DNA of 59,869 bases, counting the filler, from Sphacelaria rigidula (taxonomy: Eukaryota): assembly GCA_964200075.2 (NCBI GenBank). It is 4 parts of 4 records of this genome, joined end to end, with 100 filler letters (N's around TTAATTAATTAA, not from the genome) between each part and the next. Parts side by side here need not be neighbours in the genome. Positions count along the whole stretch, not along the records: positions 1 to 14,894 come from CAXNAA020002000.1; 3 more parts are not named here. The stretch is one strand, 5' to 3'. Each line of letters begins with the position of its first letter. The first letter of the stretch is position 1. The notes below the pieces were generated by a model. It had not been told where the DNA came from, ran no database searches, and saw only the letters and a program-made list of their open reading frames with translations. This document shows, piece by piece, positions 1 to 12,879 of the stretch. The position numbers and the translations under genes were made by a program.

Positions 1-68
1 GTACTCATTTGTTGCTTGCCTTAGTCATTTGACCATTGACCACGCATCCCTTTCGAGACGGAGCACCG
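1..68. repeat. High-copy repeat end found at scaffold breaks
   Basis: 23-68 matches 14995-15040 at 45/46. Reverse-complement relatives lie at about 31138-31198 and 44980-45031. Confidence 0.8.
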
Positions 69-453
69 GAGCATCGGAGGGGAGGGGGGGGGGGGAGGAG
101 GGTGCAGGCATATTCTGTGAAGACATCACGTCATCCATATTCGGATGTTGGGCATGCTATGGCGGCCTTGACATGTTGAAGCATCAGTCGAGACGCCTTC
201 CATCGGTGTGTGACACCTCACGAATCAGCGTTCAGATTATCCAAGGCGTGCATAAGCACCGGTTCGCCTACCGTCCTACCGACTTCTCTGCGAAACGCGG
301 GCGATTGAAGCGACACCTGTACGTCACTCCATACGTATACGATCCATTCCTCCAGAACTGCAAATCGGAATTCGATGAAGTTAAAAAAAAGTAAGGCGGG
401 CGGAAAACGCAGCGTCCGCAGGTGTACCATTAACCAAGAGAGACGAGAGGCAC

Positions 454-3400
454 CTCCAATGCGCGTCCACAGGTTGGCGCTGCCGAGTCCCAGGGTGCGA
501 TACTTTGTCGCGTACAACTCCGGCGTGATGATGAACTTTATTGTGGCCGGGGCGGCTGGTACGAGAAACCACAAGACACGATACATAAGACAGGGCAATC
601 AACGCGGACAGACGAAACAATTTTGAGGAAGTGATGGAAATCTTTCACACAAACGATTGGCATATGGAAAGCAATCAACAAGCCAGAAGGTCAAATGCAG
701 TCCTACGTCATGCCTGTAATCAGCAGCAAACACAGACAAACGGGTAAAATTCGGTCCCTTCATGCCGCGAGAAAAGCTTGCCAACTCCGTGCTCTATCCT
801 GAAGATTCAGAAGCCCACAAGTAACAGTCTTTATAGAGAGATTCCTGGTCACTGCCGCCCCAAGTTCAGGAAATACGCTATCAGAAAGTAGAGCTGACAC
901 AGCTCGGGGGGAGAAACGTCCGCAAGCATCCACACCACTTCCAAATCGTCGACAGGAACACAGAAAATAGCCGACGAAGACGTACAGGAGGAAAGACCCC
1001 TACAAGACATGAGGTGGGCGGTGAAGGGCTTTAAAGTTTGGGTACGATCATCCAATTCATGACGGCACTTAGCTGCTTCTGAACCAAACGACGGAGCCAA
1101 GTCTCCCTGCACTCGAACTGCAAGAAAAGCAAAGGGCGAACAGCTGAGTGAAAGACACTGACGAAGCACCCAACACCCACTACAGTACATACAAAAAAAG
1201 CTATCACGTACAAGAGTAAAAAGGAAATACAAACGAACTCGACNNNNNNNNNNTCTGGTGACTTACAAATGGTCATCAGTGAAATCACCGACAAGGGTAT
1301 AAATGCACTATCCACTCCGTAAGAGGCTGCTGTCAAAAGAAACATCAGTCCGGCCGCGTGCGACGTCCACTTCAGAGCGCCCACGCGACCCAGCCGATGT
1401 TCAGAGCACAGCCAAAGTCCACCGATGAAGCCTGGCGTAACGGCAAGTGCGATCGAGGGATGCGTGTAAAACGCTTAAATCATGGTGCGTTTTTCACTCC
1501 CAGGCGAGCCGCTTTAACTCATGCTGCTCCATATCTGAGCCAAGGGCGTGCGTGTTTGTACTCATCTCAACAAAGATCTCCCCTATTTTACAATGGATAT
1601 TGCAGTGATCAAGCGACTAAGGCAAGCAAAAAACGAGTAGCCCACCCCCATTTCACAGTACAGGAGGGGAATGCAATCGTAGTTCTGCGTCGGCTCCAGG
1701 AAAAACGCCGCTCACGATCGTAAGAGAGTGGCAGGGCCACAGCGCTACCTCGTGGCGTTCTACCGTGTTCCATTCGACTGTTGTACCGTCACGCCCACGC
1801 CGTTGCCGTTCTCACGTCTTTTGTGCGGTCGAAGCGTTTTGTTACACCGAACCCGTGACCGCTATCCTGCAGTGACCGCTGTACCGTTACGCCGCTGTAC
1901 GTGATCATTACACCCGTTTATTTACATCGCACCGTGATATCGTTGTACCGTTTCACAATGAATTTCCAGGAGGAATTGTCGCGCTCGAACGTTCAGTCAC
2001 CGGAATTTTCTCACCGGGAATGTAGACGATTCCAACGAGGCCAGTGAGCACGAAGATGAAGTTAGAGGTCCCCTCGTCGGCAGTAGGACCAGCGTAGTAC
2101 CGTGGCAGCAGGAACACGATTCCGTAGTAGCTGTTGGATGGCCGTCAAGCAAGGTCGGAGGACGTTCCATTTCAAGAGTGTTGATCTCGCTATGCAAGCG
2201 TTGGTCCCAGCATGAGAGCATGTCCTCATCGCTATTGCTTCGTAAAAAGATGCCGTTTCCCCCTCTGAGAGCGCCACGTCCCCTCTGAGAGACCCAACTC
2301 TTTTTTGGAGGGCCATGCTCATATTGTCTGAGCGGTCTTCTCGTTGTGGTGGTTTTCACTTCGTCGCCAACAAACTGACGACGGTGTACCGCTTTTATTT
2401 GACAGACCCATTTCGCCATACGGCGGAATCACTTCGGGGAGATTTTTTGGCGACCGGTATGAGATAGCAGCCTGACGGAGCATTTATTTTATTTTGCCCT
2501 CTCCTTTCTTCTTGTACTCAGTTCACTCTGTCACTTTCACTCCGTTTGTGTGGTCTTTCCTAATTGACCGATTTTTCCGCTCTTTCAAGATTCCTTTGGC
2601 GAATGTTTCCCGTTCATTAGTTGTACCTTGCGTACGTCTACCTGGCCAGCATGGGTGGGTTCCAAGCGAATGCGCGACAACCGATATATCCATTAATTTG
2701 GCGAAATTGGAAAATACTGCAAGGCACAATCTGTTGCAAACGCCAGCAGTAGCCGCCAGCCAACGTAAAAGACTCGACAGCGATAACAAGCACTCCGCAT
2801 TTTTAGTGCACTTCCCGTGTGTAAGAAATAAGATTCTTGCTGATTACATCAAAAAGCAAGTGGGAGTGTGGCAGTGAAATATGCGTAGCAGCACGTATTC
2901 ACCTCATATTTTCGTACCTGATGCAAAACGTGGGCAGGTAAGGGCCACGGGTCTCAACGATAACGACAATCGCACATGCCACACACAAAATTACAGCTCT
3001 TCCGCGAGAGACAGGTCAAAAAAAGATAGAGCATCACAGGGAGTCACTACTCTGTGGTCCTCACCTGAAGTTCTCAAAAAACCACACCGCCCACCTATTT
3101 TCACAACAACAGCGACAGCACGGACAATAACAACGATATCAACGACGACAAGGAGCAAAGGTGAGAGCGCAAAGGCGAAAAGGGGGAACATCAATCACGA
3201 TTGAGGTGGCCAACATTCACATTTGCAACACGAGCATCACGAAGGCGAAATTTACGATCGCCCAAAACATAACGAAGCCTTAAAGCAACCAGCAAGGACG
3301 GTAGAAGACCCCGCCCCCCGATAGTCTAACTGGTACCATACACCAGCGATAAGTCAGTTAAGGCGGGAGGGTGTCGATTCAAAATCCAACATTTTCAATT

Positions 3401-6400
3401 TTGTCAGCTGGATCTGGTTTCTGCCGGTGAGGATGTGAGGACGTGAGTAGGGGATAAATTTGATGATAGTCGACGGGGTGTGGCAGTGCCGATCCGATCC
3501 GCGATACCCCAAAGTCAAATGTGTACCGGGGGGGAAACACGCTGTTCCTTTCAGGTTACGAACTTGTCCCGATGAAGGAAATGAGTCGAAGGAAGATGAG
3601 GAGTAGAGTCGGCGGAAACGAGATCGCCTTGCACGAATCTGCTCTGCACCCCGCACGGCCCCCATCCACAGGAAACGGAAACATGCTTACGTGTACATTG
3701 CCGACCTACATCACGCAAACACACAAAAACACATACATGGAGACCTCCGGTGCCTGGGTGTCTTCGTTTTCTGACATGGTGTTCGTGCGTATTCACCTCT
3801 TCTACCGCACATCCGACTTGTATACCCTCATCACTCGGTCAATGACTAAACCAACGGCTCGGTATACGAAATCGTTCCTTCACCACGCACTCACCATACA
3901 CCACGATTCCCGGGAATCTCTAAACCGGTACTTACAGACACAGCGTCACCCGGCGCAGGATGGGAGTGTGAAACAGCTCACGTATGTCTCCCGCTACAGC
4001 CCCCCCCCCCTCCGAACCTTGGGCCCCACGAGCATTGTCGTCGCTGCCTCTGCTGTAAGGCGCCACGCTTCCGAGCGCCTCGGGGACCGTCAGGGTCGCG
4101 GCTCCAGCTGAGGAGCTTCGCTGATCGGTATCCGGTTGTACTAGTAGCAGTGAACACCAGTACGCGAATGTTTGAAGTATGAAAGAGGTGTGGAAGAGGG
4201 TGGTGTGAGATAAGATATGCGCAAGAGAGGGCATTACAATGCCAACGATGCAGGTATGAGGATCAGAAGCTGCTCCGGTACGTTTGGACAGTACCCAGGG
4301 AAACCAACAGCAGCGAGACTTGAAGGAAGTGACTGTCTTGTCAAGACGAGCATATTATAGCTAAGCAGCAACATTTTCCTTTGAGAATAACCAAGCGCTA
4401 CTATCCCGCAGAACAAAACTCGACCGCGCAAACTGTTCAATCATTCTTCCATGTTCACCTCCGACACTGCCGCTAGAATTTAGTGTTCCCGACGCAAGCA
4501 GCTCCCTGTGACCCGTTTCGGCTTGATGTTGTGACGGTCTCAACATCTCCACCAAGGCCAGTTTGCCATTCACCCTCGCTAGCTCCTCCAGACCCTGACC
4601 ATTCGCACCGTCCGTGGATTTGATCGGTTCGATGCTGACCTATTCGGCTAATGTGACTATTTGCTGAATGAAAGACGCGTTAGATTTGAGCAGCTTCGAT
4701 CGTTTGCAACGCACATGACCGAAAAATATTATCGTCAACCTCGTGCATATCCATTCAAGGAGCGCACTGCTATTTTTTCACAAGACCTCGGGTGACAGAA
4801 CAGACTTCTGAACATTCCGCTGAATTTGCACGTGTCCATGCCCTTGAGACAAGATCGAGTACGCATGCCAACGAGCATACAGTCGACCGGGTGCGAGGTG
4901 AGGTAGTTATTTGGCGGCGCCAGCGGCGCGACAGCTGGCCTCCTCCTGTGCGCTAATTTTCATCCACCAGACCGAAGCCCACTTTTAACCGTATCCCCGA
5001 CGCTGAATCAAACCGTGAATCCTTATCGTAGCTCGAAAGTGGGTGTCCTATTCTTGGTACTTTGCACAAATACCAACGAACACCCGTGTGTACTCAACGT
5101 GATACAATACAAGAAGTAACAACACCTCTAAGGCCGCCTCATGCCTTCCCGTGACGCTGAGGAATCTGGGACTCTCCGGCAGTAGACGACACAATACGAT
5201 CGGCACCATGCTGGGGATGGCTGCAAAAGCCATCAACCACCTCCAAAAAGACTCTTCCCTGCGCGACGGTCACACCATTTGCGGGGTGTAAAACATGGTT
5301 GCACACAATCGGGGCATCGCCGGCACAATGTAAGTTTTTTTTCGAGCCCATGATAAGTGTGTTTCTTCACCACCATGATCATTATCGCTGTCGTCACCAT
5401 AATTATCACTTCCACTCACGACAACAACAACAACAACAACAACCATCATAATCATAATCATCATCACTATCAGCACGTGCAAGACACGGCGTCACTGGCC
5501 GAGCATCTGTAAAACCTCGACACAGGTCGCCCCGGTGGCTCAGATGGTACGCCCTGGTGGCTCAGATGGTACGGTGAAGTCACGTATATATATTTCATAA
5601 CATACCCTCCCTCCGTTCGGAATTATAAGCTGGGTTCAGAAAAAAAGCGGTCCAACGCCGGCCGATATTACTTTTTTCCCGAGCAGTCTTTTTTCTTTGG
5701 TTTCGCCCCTTTCATGCGATTCGGCCAGCACTGGTGTTTATCAAATTCCCCCCCCCCCCAAAAGTATTCCCACCCCATTAGCAGTAGCTCGAAATGACCG
5801 CCCTCACTTTAAATATCCTGTCAAAAAGCCTTCCCATTTTGTGGTGAGGCATGTCAACTGGTGTGAGTGCCTCTCAGGTGCGAAAACGCAAGAATTAGAA
5901 CAATTCGGAAAGAGAAGGGGCCATTCGGTACCTCCTCGCTGCCAGCAAGGGTGGGGTTCTGAAGCGGTGATTTCTCCCTGACATCGCCAACCAGGGGACG
6001 TGAAACACCCATCCCCTCCCTTCTGGGCAGCACATTTTCTTTTTTTCCCGTTTTCATTATATCTGATTGTATATCAAACCCGTCGCACAACAAGGCCTCC
6101 ATCACCTGTATCGGTGCATAAGGTAAAATTCTCGCTTTATTGTGGACATCTAAAGCAAGCTTAGAATTCCGAACAGAGGGAGTGTGTGTGTACATATATA
6201 TATATATATATATATCTTGGGTTTTAGCTCACAATATGCCCAACAGTGGAGAGCGACTATGAGGTGAGTACACACAAAGTTCGACTTCACGGTCGACGAG
6301 GGAAAGAAAACACTGAAAGCTTCTCGCGATACAGAAGAGGCCAAAACCACAGAAGACAGATGGAGCGCACAGAAACAAGATAGAAAATGAAAAAACCAAT

Positions 6401-6964
6401 TGCTGTCTTGACTTTCCTCCTGTGTGACCCCGGCTCATGTGCCCACATATACCGATTTGAATATACTTGCGCCTAGAAAAGGTGGGGTGACAACACAACT
6501 CGCACATCTAATACAAAGTAGTTCGAGGTACAGGAGTCGGGCTACAACTTCTACAAGGGTGGAAAAGAGCTCGAGTTTTGAGTATTTTACTCAAATCGAT
6601 TATACATGTGACGCTTTCAAAACAACACCAAAAGCTCACCTGTAACCGATGACATTATTCAGCAGGAGCCCGGCTGCGGACGCGCAAACCTGCCCCACTC
6701 CCCAAGACACACCCGTCACGATCATTACCACGGTGGCTCGCACATGAGTAGGCATAAACTCGGCGGCGAGGGAAGTGGAAACGGGGATGTTACCGCCGAC
6801 CCCGAAGCCTACAATAACCCTGAGCACGAGAAACGACAGGAACGATGGCGCGAGAGCCGATCCAATGCCGGCGAGAAATGCCGCCAGCAGAGAAAACATG
6901 AACGCCGGTCGACGGCCATGGCGATCCGCCATGATCGACCAAAACATTGCGCCAACCATCATGC
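454..6964 (-). CDS. MFS transporter, SV2/SVOP-like (sugar/organic-ion porter clan); spliced, 5' and 3' ends not recovered
   Basis: Phase-consistent GT-AG exons on the minus strand: 6964-6640, 5258-5126, 4594-4459, 4140-3936, 3705-3691, 2917-2903, 2130-2015, 1431-1267, 555-454. The spliced protein has MFS motif A (ADRHGRRP), RVIVGFGVGG, AEFMP..R, WRWL, PESPRFL, ELFHTPILRR, SYYGIVFLLP, RLGR and PELYATKYRTLGLG..RIGG. Exons for TM1-2 and TM12 were not found. Confidence 0.9.
5527..6460 (+). mobile_element. tRNA-derived SINE copy interrupted by a MITE, in an MFS intron
   Basis: Head GTCGCCCCGGTGGCTCAGATGGTA (A-box, tandemly duplicated at 5527-5572). The body at about 6215-6460 (ATGCCCAACAGTGGAGA...GTCGACGAGGG...CCTCCTGTGTGACCCCGGCT...CACATATACCGA) matches the copies at 29231 and 58535. 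Confidence 0.75.
5607..6182. mobile_element. Stowaway-like (Tc1/mariner) MITE
   Basis: Left end CTCCCTCCGTTCGGAATTATAAGCT and right end AGCTTAGAATTCCGAACAGAGGGAG are inverted repeats. CTCCCTCCGT is the canonical Stowaway terminus. Flanks are TA-rich and the TA duplication is not intact. Confidence 0.75.
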
Positions 6965-7667
6965 CTGCCGATCGGAGTTGCGAGACGAAGAGTTTGGTGG
7001 TGTACAAGTTGCAATGAACACAGAGCCCAGCGAAACTTTGACCGTTGTATGCGTAGTTGATATATGATGTTTTACGTACTTTCGCCGACTCGTCATGTAC
7101 CGCAGAATCATACATGTCATTTACCGATTACTTTTTCCCTCTAACGGCTTCCCTGCAGGCAGATGTCATATTGCAGAATCGCTGTATTTCTCTGGATTGT
7201 AATGCACCAAAACACAGCATTTCCCTGGAATGCGACACACCAGAATACAAATTTTCTCACAGGTTCTTTCACTGCCATTAACCAGACCCCAGTATTTTTC
7301 CGTTTGTCCTAGCAGGGCTTCCCGGAGAGTTGTTCGTTTCGTTGTCGCCCCCCCATTTATCTTCTGTTTTGGCAATCAGCCCCTCTCTCGCTGTGTCGGC
7401 CATAACTACCACTTTATGTCACTCTCTCGCTCCTTCTTTGTGGCTTCCTCTCCATCACTTCACTGCGCAGGTCGCTCCCTTTCGGCAGAATTTGCGCATT
7501 TGTAGCTCACCGCGTACCGCCCCGTGAAACAGAAGTGCCCCGCGCATCTCAGGGTAGTGGAGTGCAGTGAAAATCAAGTAAAAGCTTGTATGAAGATCCC
7601 CATCTGGGCTGTTGTTAGCAATCATCAACTGTTTACTCGACCTTATCAGGTCCTCAAATAGTAAAGC

Positions 7668-7805
7668 GCTGACAAATACATTGCCATGGCTGAGATCGAT
7701 CTCGCTGAGAGTTGTGGCGCCAGTCGCATCATTTTCACGTCCTCAAGTATCACCACTGTCATGTACATTGCTTCGACGAAGATCCCTCTTGCTGCGTGGT
7801 CGCCA
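7668..7805. repeat. Degenerate ~84-87-bp tandem unit, two copies; same family as 14275-14425 and 14720-14785
   Basis: GCTGACAAATACATTGCCATGGCTGAGATCGATCTCGCTGAG is similar to GCTGACACATACGTTGGCTTGGATGAGATCGCTCTCGCTGAG at about 14733. Confidence 0.55.
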
Positions 7806-8930
7806 GCCGCAGGCCTTGATATTTTCGGGTGCATGTGTTCATATACCCTTCTGAACTCAGAGCAAGGTCACTTGACTGCAACAAGGGATTCCTCCCTCAC
7901 TAGGGCTTGAAGAGTTCAAGACATACATGATTCACAAGCACAGCCTTCATGATCGGAAGTGACCAGCAGCACCTCCCCAACATACATCATATGTCAAGCA
8001 ACCGTAGTCATGCTCAAGAGTGTCGAATGACCTCATCTTGTGTAACTCATATCTAAACCGTTGTGTCAACAGACCGTGTATCATGCACCTGCACATGTAC
8101 TACAAGTAGGAGAGGTTGTAGAGGAGGCACACTCTATACGTTGCAGATATGCTATTTTTTACGCGTCAAGACTTTCCCTTGTGGAGCCATACGGTTTGAC
8201 ATCCTATCACGATCGGGGGATTTTCTACAGTAACATCATCAAATGGGATTGTGATCTGCAAAGGGCGGGTGACAGTGTTCTACAGTCGGAGTGCGGTGGT
8301 CCTGTAAAGCATGCGACGTCGGGTACCTTGGCATTGAGATCCTTAGTACAGACTATCCTCTCTGCCGCTTTGAGTTGCTGTATGTCGGTACTCCTTCATA
8401 TCGCCCATCTCCCTCGCGGTACTGACAATTATAATACAGATCACTTGAGCCCACCATGCCTCTGCCCTTCGATGAACCGCTGCTGGCAACCATTCACTTT
8501 TCATCCTTACGTCGTCGAATTATTCCGCATAACGGACGATACACATATATCATGTAACCACGACTGGATCCCTCGCGGTAGTGCGGCAATCAATCAATCG
8601 ATCAAGGCATGGACCAGCATACAAATACAAACACCGATATCTCAGCGCGCCGAGTATCCATTGGTCATGTTGCTCTCGAGGACAGTACGGGAGTCATGCA
8701 GAAGGATAAGCCAAGTACGGTACAGTACTTGTGTACATACGCAGGTGTAGAACACAGCAGACTAGAGGTATACCATGATATGTTCAAACAAACCTTCACT
8801 TTTTTCGCTCAATGGCTTTTTGATTTGGAGCCATGCGAGATGACTCTTCTCCAAACTGTCGTAGTTGGATTACATCGATTTGGCTTTTCGCCATGTGTAC
8901 CACGACCAGGGGTATTCTCTACAGTAGGGG

Positions 8931-9937
8931 ATGCCATATGCAGAAGACGCGGCGGTCGTCTTGACGTCCCTGGAGGTCTTGGCGAGGGTAATGACCGTCA
9001 TAATGCGCGTGTTGGATGGCTTTGGACTGGCGGTTTCGGAGAAGAGGACAGAAGGGGGACCCACCAACACCACCACCCCTTTCAGTTGTAATCGAAGAAG
9101 CGGGCCAGCAGTTACGCATAGACCACGAAGTCCCGATACTTGAGCGGTCTCGTCACCGAAGATGGCGGGCTCATACAACTGATCAACAACTGGAGCAGAA
9201 CAGTGTGGACGTGCATCAGAAAGTTCTCCCAGATGCTCTTTGACCAACCGAAAGCACCGTGGAGACTCGAGGTCCGACTGCTGAAGGCGGAGGTGATGAA
9301 GGCCCTACTGTACGAATACATAACGTGGGCCCCGCGCCGCGAGCTCTACCGGTTGCTGGGGACGTTACGCCACCGGCTCATCCTGCGAGATATCGGGTAC
9401 CTCCGAGGGCGTGGCACATACCGACAGTTATCGTATGCCCAGGCCCTCAAGAAAATCGGATGCCAAAGTGCTGAGGCCGTCGTCCGGCAACAGCGACTGC
9501 TGGTCGCGGGAGCCCTGGCTAGAGAACCGAACGGACGACTAGCGAAGCGACTGGCATTCGGAACACTCGTGGGGGGGCAGGATCTAGGACTAGGGTGCCT
9601 GGAGCAAAACTGGCTGAAGCGTCTGAGGGGCGACTTTCAAGCTTTCGGAGCCATGAACGGCTCTACAGACGACAACCGACAGATTTTCGGAGTTGAAAGT
9701 GTCCTCTGGCCCTTAGCAGCAAAGGAGGGGGGGGTTCCGTGGGACGTGGGGGTGCTGCAGGAAGCGGAGAGGTTTATGACCGCTTGGCACAAGAAGAAGG
9801 AGGAGACCAGCCGAATACGTGCGATCAAACGGGATATCCGAGGAGAGCAGGAAGTAGGTGGAATAATGGTAGCCAGTTTGTACCGAACTGAACATGGCGG
9901 AGGTGAAAGGACTCTCCATCATTTCCCCATGTCTTAA
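8931..9937 (+). mobile_element. Degenerate non-LTR retrotransposon (LINE) fragment: RT C-terminal part and downstream region
   Basis: MPYAEDAAVV...GFGLAVSEKRTE is a decayed YADD RT motif with the GLxVxxxKT signature. After frameshifts it continues as RLEVRLLKAEVMKALLYEYITW...LSYAQALKKIGCQSAEAVVRQQRLL...RLAKRLAFG. 5'-truncated and frameshifted. Confidence 0.85.
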
Positions 9938-10311
9938 TTTTTCCCTAGTCGTTGCTGCCTTCCATGCACCCCTCCCCCGAGGTGGTCTGTTGTGTTGTGT
10001 TTTTCTTGTTATGCCTAGTCTATTCCTACGCATGGCTGTCCCTCTTGAGATAGGACCCTGCGATTCTCATCTCTGTAGCTGGTGATCTTGAGTCCGGAGT
10101 TTAGCATCCATTTCTGTTTGGCCTCGCGTGTGGAGTGGGTCCTTGGGCCCTGCCTCCAGTAGCCTGAATGCTCGCCTGCGGCACAGGAACTTATGAGGTT
10201 AGCAGTGTTTTTTTTTTCTTTTTTAATCTTCTCTTTGTCTCACCCACGTATGTGATTTTTTTGCCAAGTCCGATTTTTTCTTTATTTCCTTATACCCTAT
10301 TTTGGGTAGTT

Positions 10312-10800
10312 GACAGCAGCAACAACAACAACAAGTACAATGGAATCTCCGTTCCCCGTCGTCCAACCAAGGCCATGACCGGAGTTGTCGGTACGGCGTG
10401 GGGAGGGTCTTTTTAGCGGGTTCAAGGCCGGAGTCACCTTCGAGCAGTGATTCCTTCTCGCTACTAACCCAGGCCAAGGTCGTGGTGTGGTGGCAGAGTT
10501 GGGCCAGCGCAATGTGCATCAAGCCATCCACCCCCCTGTTGGAATGCAGTAATATGATGTCAACGCCCTCAGTGCGGGCATACCCTTTGTTCAAACCGTG
10601 TAGTGTGCCAACATCCTGAGTGCGGGCATGTTGGGATTCAGTATGTGCGGGGAGCCAGATGACACTACTGTCGAAAGCTGGCACGCACACCTTTGATACA
10701 CAAGAGCATATATATGCCGGTGTGTAGGCTAGTCTCGGCGACAAGGATGGAGGAGAAGTGGTCGTCGACGGACGGATTAGGTCTGGCTGACCCTCCTGGA
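10312..10800 (-). mobile_element. Dispersed repeat, probably the 3' end of a non-LTR element with a (GTT)n tail
   Basis: 10349-10445 aligns with 59773-59869 (CCGTTCCCCGTC...GGGGAGGGTCTTTT...GGCCGGA.TCACCTTC). It abuts a (CAA)n tract at about 10320-10333. The right boundary is approximate. Confidence 0.5.
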
Positions 10801-11303
10801 AAAGACACGTCAAGACCAGAACCGGAATGCATCACAAAGGAGGAAGTGTTTCACACAAAAGGAAGCAGAGGAGGCACTGCCTACGAACAACGACGGGAAC
10901 ATGCGGGACCATGGATACTGGCGAGGATAGGCGGTCGCGTTGGTTATGAACGCTAGTGAGGATGGATGGTAGCATCAGGGGGTCAATACCGAGGAGGACC
11001 CTGCAGCGGAGAAGAGCAGAGCAGGGCAGCGAGTTTCGTTGAGGGCGGAACATTGTTTTTCTGTTGGGTTCTGAGATAGTTGTTTTGTTGTTGTCACGAC
11101 GTACAGATAGTATACCATGTTTTCATCGTTGAAAATGGGACACTCTGAACAGATTCTGCTTTTTGCTGATGGCGCCATGTCGTGTGTAGGCTAGACACGC
11201 CCTGCCTGTAGTGTTCCTATGACGATGCTACTTGACTAGAACTAAAAAACAGACGGTCCTCGAAAATGGGATTGAACACAAAAATGAGCTTCAAGTCGCT
11301 TAA

Positions 11304-12050
11304 TCCTTAGACAGCGACCCCCCCGCAGGTGGACTGAGTCGGACCATGCCACATTTGGGGTTCACAACTGCTTTTTTATCGCTACACAAAACGCCTTTTT
11401 CATGAACATGTGGATATTAATCATGTGTATGAAAATAGTCCCGGAGAACCCCTGACCAGCTCCGACCCTGCAGTCGATTGCGTGCAGAGTCGGTATGTAT
11501 GTGTGCTGCATGTCTTCACTGGATACAACGGCAAGATACAGTATAAATGTGCCATCGCTCTCCACTGAACACAATTTGCTGCATGCTGCTAATGCCTCTG
11601 CCTATTGCTCAACGAAAACACTACAGACAGTGTGAACCTATGTTGGCAGCACATGAGGGGTCAGGAAGGCGACGTAGACCACGGGCAAAACACGAAATAA
11701 CTTATTTGTACCCATGTAATTTATGACTGATTTCCCATGACCAAAATGAGTCGTGGGGTAGGCAGCGAATTAGTCCAATGTAATCCACCCAAACCTGAAG
11801 AACGTGCTTATTTTTAACGACCGTGATTGGTCAGTATGGGCATCCCGCCTCTGGGGCCTCGTGCACGGCTCATAATTTCCCGCGGTACACTCCCAAACAC
11901 ACAGGGTTGACTTGATGAGTTTTTCGGCTCTTCTGCGGATAGACACCCCCCCCTCTCAAAAACCACACACCCCGGCCGATGAAAACCCCCGAATGTCTCC
12001 AGACTGTCAGCCTGTCAAATTGTTCCGAGGCGACGCTCACTGTCTAAGGG
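11304..12050. mobile_element. piggyBac-like non-autonomous element
   Basis: TTAA|TCCTTAGACAGCGA ... TCACTGTCTAAGGG|TTAA: a 14-bp TIR (12/14 matching) with TTAA on both sides (11300-11303, 12051-12054). No transposase ORF. Confidence 0.75.
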
Positions 12051-12879
12051 TTAACTGAAAAACAATTTTGGTGCCGAAGAGTCATGCCAAGAGAAGGCAT
12101 CTTCGCAAAAAGAATTATGTGGCAGTCAAGCAGGTGTGGGTAGGTGCACCGAATGAATGCGGTGTACACGCGTGTCGATGACGATACCACCGGAGGAGCA
12201 ACGGCGGAGAGGGAGCTCCTCGCCCTTGTCCTTTGTGTATCCTCGTTTGGCGATTCCCATTCGCTAGAGAGACTGGCATCGTGTCACCAACACATACTCA
12301 ATTTTCCATGTGCTGGCAGGGGCTTTATTGTTGCACAGCGCCCCAGGGAAAACCGATGTGCCGAGGGGTGTCGCATCTTGACTGACATGAGAGTCTCTTG
12401 TCTGTGGTGCTGATCGATGCAAAAATCGAATCCTCTCCGCCTCTCTTATTGGACAGGACGCGCCTCTGTGCGCTGCAGAACACGTGGTCGGAACAGGGCG
12501 ATGTTCCCGTCACCGCTTCTGTTCTCACATACTTGCACTGGTCCAACCGTCGTCATTAGGGTGGAGAGAACAAGGGTTCGATTCCCGATGTGTTGGGTTT
12601 TTTCTTCGTAGTATGCAGTTTCCAGTGTGGAAAGCGTGAGAACGTGAGTAAACAAAGTAGTTAACTGAGTTTGTTTGACGTGAGTTGATGCGGTGCGGGA
12701 GTGTTGATAGTCATGATCCAATCCGCGAGACCAAAATGCAAGGCGTGTACCGGGGAGACGTGGGTTGATCGCTTGAGACAACGGACTCGTCCCTAGGAAG
12801 GGGAGGGGTACGAAGTGCGACAAATAAAAATAAAAAACAATAATAATGGCAAGGACGGTGCTGCGGCAATAAGAAGATC

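Noticed and set aside
8061-8750. 229-aa ORF upstream of the LINE remnant
   Set aside because: It has a non-ATG start, no recognisable motif and non-coding-like composition.
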